Origin: an uncultured Candidatus Saccharibacteria bacterium | Lineage (GTDB): Bacteria > Patescibacteriota > Minisyncoccia > UBA6257 > 2-01-FULL-56-20 | NCBI GenBank assembly: GCA_964361095.1 | Contig: CAYHZA010000007.1 | Span: forward strand, 3,010 to 67,009 | Reading direction: 5' to 3' | Length of the DNA: 64,000 nt | Part shown: in pieces, positions 62,485-64,000 of the stretch | Numbering within the stretch: the first letter of the stretch is position 1 | Layout of the letters: every line of letters begins with the position of its first letter | Translations under genes and position numbers: made by a program | Notes under the pieces: generated by a model | What the model saw: the letters and a program-made list of their open reading frames with translations, nothing else | The model's database searches: none | What the model was told of the DNA's origin: nothing

Positions 62485-63399
62485 GTGAAGAAGTTCGTGC
62501 AGTTCGCAGTTGGTCTCGTCGTTCTCGTTGTGTTTTCCATGTTCCAATTCACGGAGGCCGGTATCCGGCCACCGAAGCTCCAGAAGCCCGTGGTTCTCTC
62601 GTGGGAAACAGGTGAACAGTACATGTACACCTACTTCTGTGACACCGATGGGAACACCTGCTACTATGTTCAGGTTTTCGGGAGTTTCCAGAGGAACAGG
62701 ACGACTGGCGAGGGAAGCACGGAGTCCTTGTGGATCATCGGCCTCCGGACAACAGGTTCTTTCTCGAATCCGAACTTCTCCTACTCCTTTGTCGCGAAGA
62801 CTCCGGAGCTTGGGGAGGTTTCTTTCATGGAAAGCTTCGGGCATGGCAATAGGCTGAATCCCGACGCGGCAAGGATTTCGATTTTGGTGAACGCGATGCT
62901 CGACGAAGGCGTGGCCGGTGACTGTTCGGTTGCTGAAGACAAGGTCATCTACTGCACCAAGGTCGACCCACGTTCGGTATTCTCCGATCCGGCCGTTTCG
63001 ATTTCCGCTTCGACAAGCGCGCCTGCCGCGTTCGTCGAAATGACCCATGGTGGAACGGTTTTCCAGAAGAAGGGAGCTATGCAAAATCTGGAAAGCCACC
63101 GAGTGGCGGGTAACGCCGAGATTGACGATGACAGCATCGCTCTCGGATTTTCCGTAAGGAACACCTTTGTATATCTTTACGACCGGCACGCGAGGATCAA
63201 CACCGTGGGAGAAGTTTTTCCCACAACGATTGACTTTCCGTGCCTCGGCGAACAGTGCTACGGCGTGAAAGGAATCGTCTCGGACGAAACAGCGGCTTCT
63301 TTGGTTTTCGGGAAAAAGTTGGGCCTCCCGACCGCCGAAGACATGAAGCGTCTTCTCAATGAGGGGATGCAACAGATGGGCATCATGCCCACGCCATAG
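62485..63399 (+). CDS. hypothetical secreted protein on a GC-rich island (GTG start, AGAGGAGAAAGG RBS)
   Basis: Signal peptide MKKFVQFAVGLVVLVVFSMF; GC/GC3-rich; the overlapping 337-aa minus-strand ORF is a shadow. Confidence 0.5.
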   Translation: MKKFVQFAVGLVVLVVFSMFQFTEAGIRPPKLQKPVVLSWETGEQYMYTYFCDTDGNTCYYVQVFGSFQRNRTTGEGSTESLWIIGLRTTGSFSNPNFSYSFVAKTPELGEVSFMESFGHGNRLNPDAARISILVNAMLDEGVAGDCSVAEDKVIYCTKVDPRSVFSDPAVSISASTSAPAAFVEMTHGGTVFQKKGAMQNLESHRVAGNAEIDDDSIALGFSVRNTFVYLYDRHARINTVGEVFPTTIDFPCLGEQCYGVKGIVSDETAASLVFGKKLGLPTAEDMKRLLNEGMQQMGIMPTP

Positions 63400-63500
63400 G
63401 AGAACTGACCAACAGCACCAGAAGTACCCCGGGTCGCGCACATCATCGTCGCACGGCTCGGGCTTTTTTTATTTACACAAAGGTTTGATACAGTGAGGGC

Positions 63501-64000
63501 ATGAACGTTACACAAAAAATGAAAAGGAAAGATTTTGAACGACTCAAAAAAAGAGCCTTTAAGATAAATAGCGCCCTTAAAAAACTTTTTCCCAAGGCGC
63601 GAATTATTTTGAACTACCGAAATCATTGGGAACTTTTAGTCGCGGTGCAGCTTTCCGCGCAGTGCACGGATATCATGGTAAATAAGGTAACCGAAAAGCT
63701 TTTTAAAAAATATCGTACACTTGACGATTATATAAAAGCAAAACCAAAAGAATTTGAGGAAGATGTATACTCCACGGGTTTTTATCGCAACAAAACAAAG
63801 AATATCTTAGCGGCGGCAAAGATGATTAAGAAAAAATATAACGGCAACATTCCGAAGACCATGGAGGAGCTTCTCCGCGTTCCCGGTGTCGCGCGAAAAA
63901 CCGCTAATGTCGTTTTGGGGAACGCGCATGGAATTATAGAGGGGATCGCCGTGGATACGCACGTAAAACGTCTCGCGCGCGTCCTCGGGCTTTCGAAAGA
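63501..64000 (+). CDS. nth: endonuclease III (DNA glycosylase/AP lyase), 5' partial that runs off the window
   Basis: ELLVAVQLSAQCTD and RVPGVARKTANVVL (HhH-GPD) motifs; absent from the ORF track because no stop lies inside the window. Confidence 0.8.
   Translation, partial: MNVTQKMKRKDFERLKKRAFKINSALKKLFPKARIILNYRNHWELLVAVQLSAQCTDIMVNKVTEKLFKKYRTLDDYIKAKPKEFEEDVYSTGFYRNKTKNILAAAKMIKKKYNGNIPKTMEELLRVPGVARKTANVVLGNAHGIIEGIAVDTHVKRLARVLGLSK

Overview
This 64-kb window reads as a chromosomal segment of a small-genome, Shine-Dalgarno-poor bacterium (roughly 45-50% GC, possibly Patescibacteria/CPR-like; that placement is inference only). Housekeeping content in order: a division/cell-wall block (mraZ, rsmH, ftsL-like, ftsI, murF), tpiA, murB, hpf, secA, a thiol-disulfide cluster (DUF1573, DsbD-like, thioredoxin), a copper module (csoR, two YHS proteins, CopB-type ATPase), glycerate kinase, ppsA, a D-2-hydroxyacid dehydrogenase, eno, an RRM protein, typA, tgt, an ECF sigma factor, a clustered uvrB-uvrA-uvrC, nfo and partial nth. 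tRNA-Val, tRNA-Glu and tRNA-Arg are present. No rRNA, CRISPR array, transposase or integrase was seen.

The parts that housekeeping does not explain:
1. secA carries an in-frame, AT-rich insertion of about 350 bp that encodes a complete GxxExxY-family (PD-(D/E)xK-like) domain, nested inside a roughly 195-residue loop expansion of the first nucleotide-binding domain (NBD1).
2. An MNT/HepT toxin-antitoxin cassette sits at the 3' end of ppsA, flanked by an imperfect duplication of about 45 bp of the ppsA tail.
3. A palindromic element with core ACCCCGTTAGAG...CTCTAACGGGGT recurs at least 10 times in intergenic regions and often abuts a TTGACA/TTTACA -35 box.
4. A roughly 500-nt promoter-driven region upstream of murB holds three tandem units followed by their inverted partners in nested order, next to a short-RNA candidate with its own promoter and intrinsic terminator.
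5. At least seven single-gene islands are GC-rich and led by a GGAGG ribosome-binding site in a host whose native genes lack one, pointing to horizontal acquisition. One of them adjoins a diverged duplicate of the uvrB 5' end.

Host genes often look leaderless or lack a ribosome-binding site; tpiA has a -10 box 7 nt before its ATG.
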